Shown here in pieces: positions 50,001 through 58,833 of a stretch of DNA of 64,000 nucleotides (positions are counted from its first letter, which is position 1; every line of letters begins with the position of its first letter). The notes below the pieces were generated by a model. That model worked only from the letters and a program-made list of their open reading frames with translations, was not told the origin of the DNA and ran no database searches. A program made the translations under genes and the position numbers. The DNA lies in the IMG/VR virus record IMGVR_UViG_3300021431_000079, positions 101,007 through 165,006 of that record; one strand, written 5' to 3'. Source of the DNA: a virus (Duplodnaviria > Caudoviricetes).

Positions 50001-53000
50001 TGACCAATAGTATTTATGAATTTTACAAATTGCGTAATTAAATCAGTAAAGAATTTAATTACATCAGAATCTATTAAACCATTCCAAAATTCTTGTACTT
50101 GGTTTTGTAATAAAGTGAGTTTATTAGTTATGCTATCAAGATATTTATCAAGTTCTTGCTGTGCAGAACCAACATAATCATTTGCAGAAGATTCGAATGC
50201 CTCTTTTAATGTATCTGGACTGGATAATATACTTGCGGCAATATTAGCTCTGTTTTTTCCTGCTATCGTCTCTAATAGAAGGTTGACATTGTTGCTTTGT
50301 GTTTTTTTATCAGTATCAGCTATTTCTTTATATATTTCTGCTATACCAAGAAGTATTTCGTAGGTACTTTTATAATTCCCAGTATTTGTAAGTATATCAA
50401 AACCCTTAAAACCATTAGATGCAACTTTTGTAGCATTCATAATGGTGTCTCTTAATTTAGATGTTGTTGTCATAAAACCATCAACATCTTCACCAAGATC
50501 TTGAAGTTGTTGTTTTGCTTCTTTTGTACCAGTTAACCTTAATGCAATTGTTCTGATTCCCTTACCTACAGAAGTTGGATCTTGTGCTATGCGGTTACCC
50601 GCAGTAATTAATGCTATGCTTTCATCAAGTGTATTATTAGCAGTCTGCAAAGCAGAAGCAGAATCTTGTAATGCAACAGACAGCCCTTCAGTAGAAATAG
50701 CAAAGTTATTACCAATAAGATTCATCTTATTTACAAGATCTATTTTTTCTATATCATCATACGCCTGAGACATAGATATGAGCGCTTCTGTTGCGGCATC
50801 AATTGATTGGAATTCTGATACATTAAATAAGATATTTGCTGTTTCAGCAGACTTCTTTGCTTCAGCAATAGATTCACCAAGTCTTAAAAAATCTGCGGCA
50901 GATTTTTGAATTTGTAGACCTGTCGTGCCGACAGTCTCTCCAATATCAAAGCTTGCCTTTTTGAAATTCTCTAACACCGCAATAGAATCATTACTTACTT
51001 TTCTTAACTCAACAAAAGCATCATCATATTGTTGAATGACTCCAATGCCCTGTCTAACTAAACCGATTATCCTTAATGGATTAAGGAAGTTACCGACCCA
51101 GTATGCCGCCACATCGCCAATTTTCTTTTTTAACTTATCTAATACACCTGATAAACCAACAAGTTGTTTACCTGCATCCTTTGTAGAATAGGACACATTT
51201 GAAGACAATTTATTCCAAGTAAATACAACATTTTGTAAACTTCCATCATATTGTTTTACTTGTCCTGTTAAACGATAAATCCCTTCCTGCTGTTTTGATG
51301 TATCAAGTTCAAGTTCTTTTGTTACCTTTTTACCCATTCCTGACAACTGGCTTTGAGCAAGAGATTTGAAATCGTTTTCACTTGATACTTTTTTAGTAAG
51401 GAATGTGCCGTTAGACTGATATTTTAATGTTGATTGTATGATTCTATTTTCTTTTTCAAGTTCATTTACTTGATCTTCGGTAAGCTTATTACCATTTTTA
51501 ATAAGATCATTAATAATTGAATAATTTGATTTTATTTGATTTAATATTTCTGTGTGCTTACTTCCAAAGTCACTATTTTCCCATTGTTTTGTATTATTTT
51601 CAAGAGCGTCATATGCATTTCTCGCTCTGTGTATAAGATCAATATCATTCTGGAAATCTTTATCATTAAGTAATTTTATTTTATTATTTGCGACCTCATT
51701 GTTAAGACGAGTAAGCTCAGTTTTAAATATCTCAAATGCCTCAATTCTATCATTATCAGAAAGATCAACATTTGACATAATATTAAATTCTTCAAGAAGC
51801 GACTTGACTTTTCCCTGAGTTTTTTCCGATGAAATAGAAAACGCATCTAATTCTTTTTGGATTTTTACTATTTGATTTAAGAACGCACCATTATCAACAC
51901 CATCATTAATGGATTTTAGTGTTTTTTTTATATTCTTATCTTCTTCTGATTCATAGTTCTTAACTGATTCAGTAACTTTAAAAATAGAATCATTGGCTGA
52001 CTTAACCGCTGAATCAATCTGCTTTATCTGCGAGACCGTTGTTCCGGCAAGTTTCTTCATATTCTCAAGATTATTCTGAGCTTTATTAAAACTTTCAACG
52101 GTTTCATCTGAAACAGCGCCACTATTATTTAATTCAGATTTATATTGATTAGTATCCCTGTTATACTCTTTTAATGCATCACTTATTTTTAACTGATTTT
52201 CTCGCTGTATGCTTTCTTTAGCTTCTTTTGTAACAGAAGAAGGTTTGCTAATAATATTGGCAAGATTCTTTAATTCATCAGTTTTATTGAGTAAATCATT
52301 GATAGAAGATAGTACATTGTTAAGAGAAGAGTATGACTTATTCCCTTTTATATTTCCAAGATTATCAAAACCAGTTTTTATTGATACAGTTGCTTGATTA
52401 AATGATTCTGCTTTTTTGATTGACGGGAAAGCGTTTATCAAGGATGAGAGTTTTTCAAAACCAGTATCGTCAAAATTAAGAGACTTTACTTTTTCAAGTT
52501 TACCAAGCGCCTCTTTTATTGTAGCAATATTCTTTGAAAACGCACTTAAACTTTCAGGTGTTTTCTTGGATATATTATTAAGAAACTTTATTATATTAGA
52601 AAAATCTACGTCTTTTACTGATATTTGACTAATGGTATTAATAGCATCAATAATCTTCTGAAGATTACCTAAAGACCCTTCGTTGCCACCTTGAGATAAA
52701 GTATTTATAGCATTAGTTATTGTCTCAATAGCATCTGCCATAATATAGAATTCTTCAATTTCTTTATTCAATACGCTTTCCGCATAAGCACCTTCTTCAA
52801 TTATAGCATCAGTCTTTCGGTTTACAGCATCAGTAACTTCTGATATTTTCAGCTTTAATTCATCAAATTTTTGATTCTCTTTATTTACAGAAGTATCAAC
52901 CGCCTGTTGTTCGTTGTTTAAACTATCAGATGCAGGAGATACCTGCTGTGGTAGTTGTACCTGCTGTGGTAATTGTAGTTGATTTGAATCACCAACTAAT

Positions 53001-55813
53001 TCATCAAATGCACTCTTAAGTTTTTCAACAGATAAAATGGTCTTTGAATACTGATCGCCAAGTTCTCCGAATATTCTTTTTGCACTTTCAACATTCTCTG
53101 TTGTAATTTTATATTCTTCAGAATATTCGTTTTCAAGTGCTCCATTAAGCATATTGTTAGCTTCAACAATCATATTACTAATTCTATCATAATCATCACC
53201 CATAATATTATGATCATCATTATAATTGTTGTCTAACTCATATTCAATTTCTGCAAGAGCTTTACCTAAAACAAGAGTTTTTTCCGTTGATAGATCTAAT
53301 TGATTGATCAAATCTTTAAAGAATTCTAAATCCAATTGCAGATTTCCAAACCAACTATCTTCAAACTGTAGATCTTTATATCTGTTAAAGTTTTCAAACT
53401 CGCTAAGATATTGTCTGAATTCATCAATAGAACGTTCATTGCCTTTTGACCCATATGAACTTGGAGAAATACCAGGAAGGAAATATCCAGTCTGACTAAC
53501 AAGTTTATTTACATCAAAAATTTTACCGCTATTAGATGTATCTTGAGCCTTATCTTTTAATTTGGTCATTAAATCATAAGACTGCATTATTCTTTCTTCT
53601 AATACTGTAAAATAATCTGTAAGCGTACTTAAATAACTTGGAGCTTTCTTTTCTCTAACTGCATCAAATAATTGTCTTAAAGCATCTTGCGTAGTACCAG
53701 ATAAATCAAAGGTTGTTCCCAATGCCGCATTCATATCATTAAGCGCGGCAATAATATCAATATCTCCTTTATTTCTTCTGAAAACATTAAAACCAACAGA
53801 CTGTCTTAGATTATTCCAATTATCACCAAATTCTTCGGCGTCTCCTCTGGAAATATTTATTTTACGTCCTTTTAAATACGATTTGATTTTTTGAGGAGTA
53901 TCATTAAACTGTGCATCTAATTTCTTCTGTTCTTTATATACATTTGCATCATCTTCAAAAATTCTTCTTATTGGACTTAAGTCAATATCTTTTGCACCAA
54001 GACTCAGTTCCTTAAACATTTTAAATAATGCATCTTGCAAATCAACAACAGAATCCTTTGTTAGATTCATTTCACCAGAAATAGCAGTAGATAATTTGTG
54101 AACCTCATTTTTAATTTTGTTATAATCAATTATATTGCGATCAACTTCGATGGTTTCTGTTGGATTATTTATAGCAGTTTTTATCTCGTCAAGTATATCA
54201 CTTTCACCCGACAGCACCTTATTAGTATTAACACTTTGGAATCTATTTTTTTCAAGGGCATTATATCCGACATTATCAAAATACTCATTTATAGATTGAT
54301 AATAGTATTCTATGCCACTATGAACATCTTCTTTAAGATTGTCTAATTCTTGATGCGCCGAATACCAATCATTACGCATTTCATTTACTATATCGCTTAA
54401 AAATCTTATTTTGTCATTTGATAATTGCGAAGAAAATTTTTCACTTTTATAAAACTTTTCTGCCGCCATTATCATTTTTGGATCTATTAAACTATTATAA
54501 TTAAATGCATCATTAATAGCACTTTTAATATTAACCCTATTTCTGGGAAGACTAACTAACATTTTTTCTATTTCATCTTTAGAAAAACGATAGTCGTCTT
54601 CTTTATTCATATTTTGATATTCAGCATAAAAATCACGCGTACTTTTAATTTTTCTTATAGATTCGGTTATTTTTTTCTTTAAATTCTCGATCCCGCCCAA
54701 ATAATCATCAATAAATTTTTGAGCATTTTCTGCTATTTCCCTATTAATTTCATCAGGGGTAGCATCAAAAGGATCATCCTTGATATCTTGATTTTTTGAT
54801 GCGTTATTTACAGATATATCTACAGGAATTTCGCCAACATTGCTTTTTATTTTTTCGCCAAAACTTTCAAGAGATTTTGTAGATGGGGTAATATTTATCC
54901 CCATGCCAATGCCTACTCTATCAAGATCCGCGCTTATTTCATCCAAATCAGACTGAAACTTATTAGGATCATTAATTACTGGCCTTGAATTTATACCAAT
55001 AGTTGCATTATCTTCGTCTAATTTTTTTTGAGCTTCATCTACAAAAGCATCCGAATTTATTATTGGTTTAACCTCGATACCTGCTTTTGCACCAGATTCT
55101 TTTAGTATATTTGTAACATCATCAGCGAACCCTTTAGGATCAGAAATGGTTGGCTTCGCTTCTACACCAACAGTCATATCTGACGGAAGAGTGTCTGATA
55201 ATATGTCTTCAATTTTAATTGTATTTCTAAAAGAAAACTTTAATGTCTTGCCGATTTCATCAGCAAGAGTTTCAAGAGAACTAAGTTCTTTTTTTAACGA
55301 ATTTTTATCAATTAAAGAACCAATGTTTATTGACCCAATATCATCAATACCAACAAACTCATGTTGTATTTTTTTGATTGTATTTAAAAGAACCTCTACG
55401 TCCTTTATTTTATCTGAAGAAAAAGAGCTTTTAGTAATTAACTTACCAAAATCAAAAGATCGTAAATCCAGATTCTTAAACTCTTTATCTGCTTGTTTTA
55501 AGGTGTTTGCTAAAACAAGCATTTGCTTTTGATATGTGGTTATTAAATTATCATCTTTGTTTGTCTTGCTTAATTCAGCATTTAATTTTTGTGATACAGA
55601 TAATAACGCAGGTAACAAGTCTTTTTTGGAATCCCATTTTCCACTTGCTAATTTGTTTATTCTTTGTAAATTTTCTACTATCTGCAAAAGATCTTTAATC
55701 TTACCATCTGTTTTTGTGGTAATCTCTACTTTCGCATTCTTTTTAAGTTCATCAATTTGATTCTTAAGATTATCATTATTTAATGAAATAAATATTTCGT
55801 GCTTATATGCCAT
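41003..55813 (-). CDS. Tail tape measure protein (4936 aa)
   Basis: TP901-type core (GNNFAIST, VGKGIRTIALRL, IAGKNRAN); long coiled coil; upstream of Dit and Tal. Confidence 0.9.
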   Translation of the reverse strand: MAYKHEIFISLNNDNLKNQIDELKKNAKVEITTKTDGKIKDLLQIVENLQRINKLASGKWDSKKDLLPALLSVSQKLNAELSKTNKDDNLITTYQKQMLVLANTLKQADKEFKNLDLRSFDFGKLITKSSFSSDKIKDVEVLLNTIKKIQHEFVGIDDIGSINIGSLIDKNSLKKELSSLETLADEIGKTLKFSFRNTIKIEDILSDTLPSDMTVGVEAKPTISDPKGFADDVTNILKESGAKAGIEVKPIINSDAFVDEAQKKLDEDNATIGINSRPVINDPNKFQSDLDEISADLDRVGIGMGINITPSTKSLESFGEKIKSNVGEIPVDISVNNASKNQDIKDDPFDATPDEINREIAENAQKFIDDYLGGIENLKKKITESIRKIKSTRDFYAEYQNMNKEDDYRFSKDEIEKMLVSLPRNRVNIKSAINDAFNYNSLIDPKMIMAAEKFYKSEKFSSQLSNDKIRFLSDIVNEMRNDWYSAHQELDNLKEDVHSGIEYYYQSINEYFDNVGYNALEKNRFQSVNTNKVLSGESDILDEIKTAINNPTETIEVDRNIIDYNKIKNEVHKLSTAISGEMNLTKDSVVDLQDALFKMFKELSLGAKDIDLSPIRRIFEDDANVYKEQKKLDAQFNDTPQKIKSYLKGRKINISRGDAEEFGDNWNNLRQSVGFNVFRRNKGDIDIIAALNDMNAALGTTFDLSGTTQDALRQLFDAVREKKAPSYLSTLTDYFTVLEERIMQSYDLMTKLKDKAQDTSNSGKIFDVNKLVSQTGYFLPGISPSSYGSKGNERSIDEFRQYLSEFENFNRYKDLQFEDSWFGNLQLDLEFFKDLINQLDLSTEKTLVLGKALAEIEYELDNNYNDDHNIMGDDYDRISNMIVEANNMLNGALENEYSEEYKITTENVESAKRIFGELGDQYSKTILSVEKLKSAFDELVGDSNQLQLPQQVQLPQQVSPASDSLNNEQQAVDTSVNKENQKFDELKLKISEVTDAVNRKTDAIIEEGAYAESVLNKEIEEFYIMADAIETITNAINTLSQGGNEGSLGNLQKIIDAINTISQISVKDVDFSNIIKFLNNISKKTPESLSAFSKNIATIKEALGKLEKVKSLNFDDTGFEKLSSLINAFPSIKKAESFNQATVSIKTGFDNLGNIKGNKSYSSLNNVLSSINDLLNKTDELKNLANIISKPSSVTKEAKESIQRENQLKISDALKEYNRDTNQYKSELNNSGAVSDETVESFNKAQNNLENMKKLAGTTVSQIKQIDSAVKSANDSIFKVTESVKNYESEEDKNIKKTLKSINDGVDNGAFLNQIVKIQKELDAFSISSEKTQGKVKSLLEEFNIMSNVDLSDNDRIEAFEIFKTELTRLNNEVANNKIKLLNDKDFQNDIDLIHRARNAYDALENNTKQWENSDFGSKHTEILNQIKSNYSIINDLIKNGNKLTEDQVNELEKENRIIQSTLKYQSNGTFLTKKVSSENDFKSLAQSQLSGMGKKVTKELELDTSKQQEGIYRLTGQVKQYDGSLQNVVFTWNKLSSNVSYSTKDAGKQLVGLSGVLDKLKKKIGDVAAYWVGNFLNPLRIIGLVRQGIGVIQQYDDAFVELRKVSNDSIAVLENFKKASFDIGETVGTTGLQIQKSAADFLRLGESIAEAKKSAETANILFNVSEFQSIDAATEALISMSQAYDDIEKIDLVNKMNLIGNNFAISTEGLSVALQDSASALQTANNTLDESIALITAGNRIAQDPTSVGKGIRTIALRLTGTKEAKQQLQDLGEDVDGFMTTTSKLRDTIMNATKVASNGFKGFDILTNTGNYKSTYEILLGIAEIYKEIADTDKKTQSNNVNLLLETIAGKNRANIAASILSSPDTLKEAFESSANDYVGSAQQELDKYLDSITNKLTLLQNQVQEFWNGLIDSDVIKFFTDLITQFVKFINTIGQQKSVFAALGALLTYKKLGAFGTIVSADGIKKITIFGKRVSEIGDSLSNIGQFFKRNKSGFKLSISNDTLGKYEKIRAEAERLLTSDASYNTQTALNAAVEKYGKDLTLSDDVLNKFTNSQKDAIVTSNGLAQAFTKTGKSGNLFNNILKSSISLLGNIGMTAIFAAVSYGISKLIEVAYNAANESNIIAEKVKSTFGEFETLDSTYKKNSESIKKLRERYIELASGVDSVGNNIGLTTDEFDEYHNISSQIADMFPRLVKGYDDQGRVILKVKDNVDLLNKALDAEREKANNVLILDSSNIRKNNLNIQNRLTGGLYEENIAPTDYFDLAKNIFSIIDGNLNDNRNNIPSLINDSINEFSKKYNILASDVVYALRDTGMLDIDMYNGGTLFNLDGTLEMYHDNMNEALAKLDEYRTESMTDIDNMRSLFIAEFESSFTKLPDSDILKSDNIFYQLLSNLFSGISESDITKIVSDGITQHDYVDSILTAFTTALSNDSSGIILNSLSDLINADFVNNGDLISGRLATDVEESINSIKTNIIFAILGSTALDNNEKKLIQSSIDDIFDYYGFNIIKAASEKQREIYNDYNNSNDFISIKELFGISDSDDRVVETELEDLYKTYSINSEKELTDFYARIKKIREENVDTEGFTIFSAIDAIRQEYEDKLKGEPISLSSFLTDESSKKQVDDAVALWEKLGNAIDNFYTMSASDKLDLYETLAGSFPEIVNGGELTIDMLNTLIDKKWDDLEATLSEVEGAEELLAVLRALKDEAKESSNAFNISKQVEGFFDDSVDPGKFKKAQDELEEYTKDFGKYQKEIWAKVTADATSATEAIQMYEDYMSSKKFTSLEQLLADEDASGYINLYKNNIALIEKGIDSIYSLTGDERNSLVEVFPWLAEEGVNETSLTKIKEQFDVMLEALGVDVAGFDEYINNIYNSAVNAQKSILQRYNEVKHDVWIDAGSNEEIKYKWDGSIASISAVSGGYSVNPDTISNAQKRLILQLTDQGVSFSDAVNHYGDAIAQFNSISDMLDDEGFSSAISEYEQLLGIIQDGIDESEQQTLLETYGFVPDHNVINMIKGGLHNVIKLYAEAGGEAGLAWLEQREEAWKKEYDTVSNTRQSLLNRVDDLGLTNNRNWTYQKQEIDNWLRSLSSEDLSLALTLDIDENASLDEIQADFEKLKHRIDTEKLLNLSIYVDGQETNLNSYMDTVKSEAETISQVISTLTNDSEHGGKLWEDIEKDYDTYNKLNQIIPGLSSYMKQFADSDDQTSIAISYLKDQLGLLYQEFLRNTSGLDGLENMTDEAKAAFNEFLRILSGITTYDIKGGLKDIADQLDKIYFDRAGDEARSFTQAISDVESEINTLHDAYTTLMSVDIREDSVEFTSLVNTLLQQFPELIGHTGSVHELRNAVAMLLNEKSDSLILRLRELAAEEGIPDELRGKIDALINSFYNLGNQPFSMDHTMNVLKDVRGEMNQLAEFINKVNTTGLHLDMSGSDDVFNYFPQLLENAKIYGDGTVELNKEIYENFIKTREAELKGDIDAKVKELENNNVVLQSQIQYYEQRVKAAKAALESENIADMESTLLKLENADAVVQNAEESDQAQVDSYVQAAKMIADDQEALTDYKIESDNNASENKQENDVDETETDDAKTNAEIENIHTENQEYTDSLNNEMENYAAAKTDQVTISSDSSKMLQENDDYVEEKGINVAQAVLEAFADAFTKMQQNASTSSSNLQTALINIGNKANSAAQAVKNIFTGNGGNVDMGGVDTSGVTTMFSNLKDSIKTNLGTFFGNVAKPIGDWFVSDVKSSVGSFASTLYNGIENIRDTINHSVTVAGVKESNSVAKKYKRDVGKNAKLDFERVLDNDGLVTDDTNRNNIFRQDVEQRYAEAKARLEEIITGDTNVLNDLRNTLAKNLYQIELLKANGGINVQDIANRLAADNAKDSGGSGGGSDRTPSEGSGGSGGSDATENANEFSEVIDWIEVKIQRLEEEIAKLDKVIGNSFQKYKTRADAIMDNINNVNDEIAVTRAAYWRYMTEAENIPLSDYYKELVRKGAIDIENIQNEELSNSIKSYTEWYNKAIKMQDSLYDLCMDISNLYQEAFDLIQNRADSVLTSFENASNLINSAINRTEQKGYLVSQKYYEKLIDNAETQMFILNKKHEEMLTMFQEAVDTGAVEEGSEAWYNYKNQVDQVTIAIDEMTNSIIEYNNAIRQLQWDKFDLTQTMIGDITSEADFLINLMSNFKMYSDQGYITNRGMSTKGLHGLNYNVYMQQADEYRDEMLKISEDLAKDPNNKTLYERRKQLLELQQEMILAAEQEKQALKSLVEQGIQSTLSYLKELIDTYSNALDQQKSLYDYQKNVANQTKNITNIQKQLAALSGDDSEENRKRLQELNNSLETAQESLQETLYERAISDQKELLNGLYDDFNTVLNERLDNLDVLIAEQIGEINLASGQISDTINTVAGNVGYQVTSGVNEVFASSDFNSLPALATYTSELMTELSNDRAIITETLTNGQTSTLENISTHAGLIEGYLTAVASALGYDGQTAASLIGDSVYGITLNAEKIDNIAKLLGTGDGNLSENIHNAFSEDLSVINSALSGEQSIQNLINTMASTLQKALIGESGSVGTSINNIGTALDAYLGNGDTNAIKRSFDENSTAIQDQINGVKNKIQEMDKASNILAAIDMGTGKVGDVINNMGSVKDDLDKIRELMEKLFETKTGTPSSSNVKANANSAAAKGNGTYTKADVSNLKPVKSNTGAGNGSGSVGVGAKAAVNSAKNTSQGNGKPEVGDIVTFTGQYNYSAWGVKPVGSQFSGQPNAVEIYQTATNYAGVSKPYRIRKAGTKPGDPWSDLGWVSLDQLKGYWTGTQSVDKDRFALVNERGTETIVRPDGSILTPLARQSMVVDAQATDNMWRMLKDPEKFMSTVLKDTNIVNTNNAGDINNDINITIPISNVSDFEDLMRQIQSSDKWERMFDAMLNNRLKGTSRFDKYNVKF

Positions 55814-55824
55814 ATTTAATCACC

Positions 55825-56538
55825 TCACTGATAAAGACCCATTTTTCTCATTTCTATATTAAAAAAATTATCAAATACCGCATTGTTTTTAATATACGTT
55901 TTATTAAGATCTTTAATCATTTTATCTGTTTGTATATTTAATTTACCCTTTTTGGATATAAAACCAGAAAAGTGTTTTGCGGTACTGTATCCCATATCAT
56001 ATTCGTGAACACCAATTTTTGGTTCTGTTTTCCTTGGTATCCATCTTGATAGATTACCCCATCTGTTTATATGTCTGCCAGTGTCGTAATATGTTGGGTT
56101 TCCATGCAACCATGTGTTCCTATTTTCGGTTCGTGTAAAGCCATGAATAAAACCTCCATAAGAACGCTCAAAAACCCATTCCTTACCACCCGCACCGGGA
56201 TCATACGGATTAAAATCAGCATGATATGGATTTCCTTCTATATATTTACCATCTATATCCATAGTTATTTTCATATTCAAATAGCTTCCGCTTTTTTTTA
56301 GATTAAAGATCTGACTTTTATAAGCACCACCGTGAAAAGGAGAGTTGGTTGCCGCCTCGTACAAACTATATGTTCTTCTATAATACTTTGGTGTATAGTC
56401 TTTATAAAAGATATCAATTGTACGTTTATAACAGTCGTACATTTTTTTTGATATTTCTTCACTATATGCAATTAAAGCTTTTTCTGCGGCCTTTTCCACA
56501 TCCTTCTCTATCTGATCAAATGTTCTGTCTTTTGCCAT
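55825..56538 (-). CDS. Tail-associated protein
   Basis: FYKDYTPKYYRRT motif; directly precedes the tape measure gene. Confidence 0.55.
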   Translation of the reverse strand: MAKDRTFDQIEKDVEKAAEKALIAYSEEISKKMYDCYKRTIDIFYKDYTPKYYRRTYSLYEAATNSPFHGGAYKSQIFNLKKSGSYLNMKITMDIDGKYIEGNPYHADFNPYDPGAGGKEWVFERSYGGFIHGFTRTENRNTWLHGNPTYYDTGRHINRWGNLSRWIPRKTEPKIGVHEYDMGYSTAKHFSGFISKKGKLNIQTDKMIKDLNKTYIKNNAVFDNFFNIEMRKMGLYQ

Positions 56539-56639
56539 TTTTCACCCTCCACAAACCTGCGAAATATCGGGGTTCTTGAAGGGTGAAAAACCCCATCAAA
56601 TAATTTTTTGATTCCCGATGTTTCTCATTGTTTTAATCT

Positions 56640-57275
56640 TTACTCCTTATTAGTTCCAGTGAGATTAGCCAACTTATCAATGATCTCACTAAAACCATTC
56701 GGATCTTCCTCAATCGCTTCCATAAAACCCTCAATGAATTTTCCTGCAAACGTACTAACAGCCATCTTTATATTATCAATTGTACTTACAATATTTCTTT
56801 CATTCTCTAATTCGTCACTAAGACACATATCTAAAATTGTAGAAATCATATCTACCTCTTTCTCAGGAATGAAATGGAATATAATATCAACACCACCATT
56901 CTCAGAGAGAGTATCAAATGACTCCACAGATTTTTCAAAATCAATCTCAATATCTGTATACGCATCAATTACACTCAGGCAGAAGAGCATATATCTGGCA
57001 GGAGAGTTCATACTGAATACCTTCTTGTTCTCTCCGAATCTCTCCGCATCAATATAGCATGTGGCATTAATAATCCTTCTTGCTATATCACACTTCTGAG
57101 CATACGAGATATACTTCTTATTAATATGCGTAGTCACATACTTACTCACCATATCATCCTTGTTGTCAGTATCAGTGCGAAGATCAGTGAGCCTCTTCAA
57201 TCCTATTGCAAAATTCTTTGCAGAAACCTTTTTTGCCATCGTGTTTTCCAATACGTTATTATTCATTTCACTCAT
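56640..57275 (-). CDS. Putative tail assembly chaperone
   Basis: Position upstream of the tape measure gene; acidic helical protein. Confidence 0.5.
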   Translation of the reverse strand: MSEMNNNVLENTMAKKVSAKNFAIGLKRLTDLRTDTDNKDDMVSKYVTTHINKKYISYAQKCDIARRIINATCYIDAERFGENKKVFSMNSPARYMLFCLSVIDAYTDIEIDFEKSVESFDTLSENGGVDIIFHFIPEKEVDMISTILDMCLSDELENERNIVSTIDNIKMAVSTFAGKFIEGFMEAIEEDPNGFSEIIDKLANLTGTNKE

Positions 57276-57298
57276 TATATTATTCTCCTTTTATCACA

Positions 57299-57520
57299 TT
57301 ATTTAAAATCATAAAAATATTTGGCTTTTCTAACCGTTTTGAAATGCTGTGCTAAACAATCCTTACACAACATTCGACCGTCACTATACACATATAAATC
57401 CTCTGGCATGAATTCCTTATTGCAATCATCACAAGTGCAAATCTCTATCATATAATATGGACACGCCATAGCTAAACAACCAGTCCTACAATCAGCACAT
57501 TCTGTGTCATACAGTATCAT
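57299..57520 (-). CDS. Cys-rich zinc-finger protein
   Basis: CADC, CDDC, CKDC. Confidence 0.55.
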   Translation of the reverse strand: MILYDTECADCRTGCLAMACPYYMIEICTCDDCNKEFMPEDLYVYSDGRMLCKDCLAQHFKTVRKAKYFYDFK

Positions 57521-58109
57521 TTTTAATTTTCTCCTTTGTGCATACATGATGATCATCTACATATATTATTTCTTCTTGTATCTTTCCAATTTTTGCATTG
57601 TTCAGCAGACTACAATTCTTACTGTATCTACTACACAATTTGCATCTATCTTCAAATGTATTTAATTTCTCTCTATTAGAGAATATCCCAATATAGTCAA
57701 CGGGATATATCTTTATTTCAATATGAGGATTCTTTGTATCATACAGAATCCCATTCACACGTTCACAAACCACATTATCATCAACCCAAATAAGTTGCGA
57801 CTCTGTGATTGAATCTTTTAATAACTTAAAATAATTATCAGGATCTTTATCAATCCTGTCAAAATAGAAAAAACAGTCCATATAAAAATGTTGGAACTTG
57901 TCAAGTGGCAAGTCCCAACATTGTTCTTTAATCTGTTGTTTAACGTATTTTATAAAATCTCTTTTATAATCCTTGGCCTCTTTTGTCTCATACACCATCG
58001 CCATAGGCTTTCCATTTTTTATAACAGCTCTATGAGCAAGATAGTGATTCACCGATGGTGGAATAGGAGAGGAGAGAAAGAGACAATCTTTATTCTCACT
58101 TGTACTCAT
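57507..58109 (-). CDS. rusA: RusA-family Holliday junction resolvase
   Basis: PPSVNHY, DPDNYFKLLKDS, WVDDN. Confidence 0.85.
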   Translation of the reverse strand: MSTSENKDCLFLSSPIPPSVNHYLAHRAVIKNGKPMAMVYETKEAKDYKRDFIKYVKQQIKEQCWDLPLDKFQHFYMDCFFYFDRIDKDPDNYFKLLKDSITESQLIWVDDNVVCERVNGILYDTKNPHIEIKIYPVDYIGIFSNREKLNTFEDRCKLCSRYSKNCSLLNNAKIGKIQEEIIYVDDHHVCTKEKIKNDTV

Positions 58110-58153
58110 TATTTATCACCCATACTACAACATTCTATTACCATCATTAAAGT

Positions 58154-58456
58154 TTACACTTCGCTTGGATCTTCGGCTTTATCACCATCATTAACAGAAA
58201 GCAACCTGTTGATTGTGTCACGAGCTTCCTCAGTTAAATTATTTCCATCAAAAATAATTGACTTTATCCATTTAGGAGCAAACCCATCTTCTATTAAACC
58301 ATTGATCATTAAGTCTATATCTGGATCAATCAACCCCAAATACTTAAAACGAGCCTCATCAGTTAAATAAGATTCATCACCTGTGTTCTCATCATGAAGC
58401 AAGTCATTAATTCTTTCCCTTGTCTCTATGGTTAAACGACTCAGTTCATCAATCAT
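58154..58456 (-). CDS. Acidic hypothetical protein with LTxEA repeats
   Basis: ORF track; three LT.E(A/T)R motifs. Confidence 0.55.
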   Translation of the reverse strand: MIDELSRLTIETRERINDLLHDENTGDESYLTDEARFKYLGLIDPDIDLMINGLIEDGFAPKWIKSIIFDGNNLTEEARDTINRLLSVNDGDKAEDPSEV

Positions 58457-58476
58457 GTCATTTTACCCCACTACGC

Positions 58477-58821
58477 TTATTCTTCTTTTAATCTCACTGT
58501 AATTAAATAAACATTTTTCCCATTAAAAACAATTGGTTCTGAAGACATAATACTCATATCATTCAAGAATGATACCCATTCAGCAGGAGGTTCATCACTG
58601 TGAAGCATAAGCGACAATTCAATATAATTGTATCTGTCCTGTGGGGCAACATAAGACTCATCATTCTCATCAATATCAGCAATAGCCTTTCCGTTAATAA
58701 TCTCAATGACTCTTTGCTGTGCTTCTGCTGTTAATGCAACCCAGTCAACATAAATCTCATCACCAATATTATTTGCGCTCGTGCTTTCTACATTATAAAT
58801 TTCATCAGCCAAAACAATCAC
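58477..58821 (-). CDS. Acidic hypothetical protein
   Basis: ORF track. Confidence 0.55.
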   Translation of the reverse strand: MIVLADEIYNVESTSANNIGDEIYVDWVALTAEAQQRVIEIINGKAIADIDENDESYVAPQDRYNYIELSLMLHSDEPPAEWVSFLNDMSIMSSEPIVFNGKNVYLITVRLKEE

Positions 58822-58833
58822 CCCCCACTTATA

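Noticed and set aside
30475-55760. Many + strand ORFs overlapping Tal and the tape measure gene
   Set aside because: Antisense shadows of long - strand genes, without RBS or recognisable motifs.
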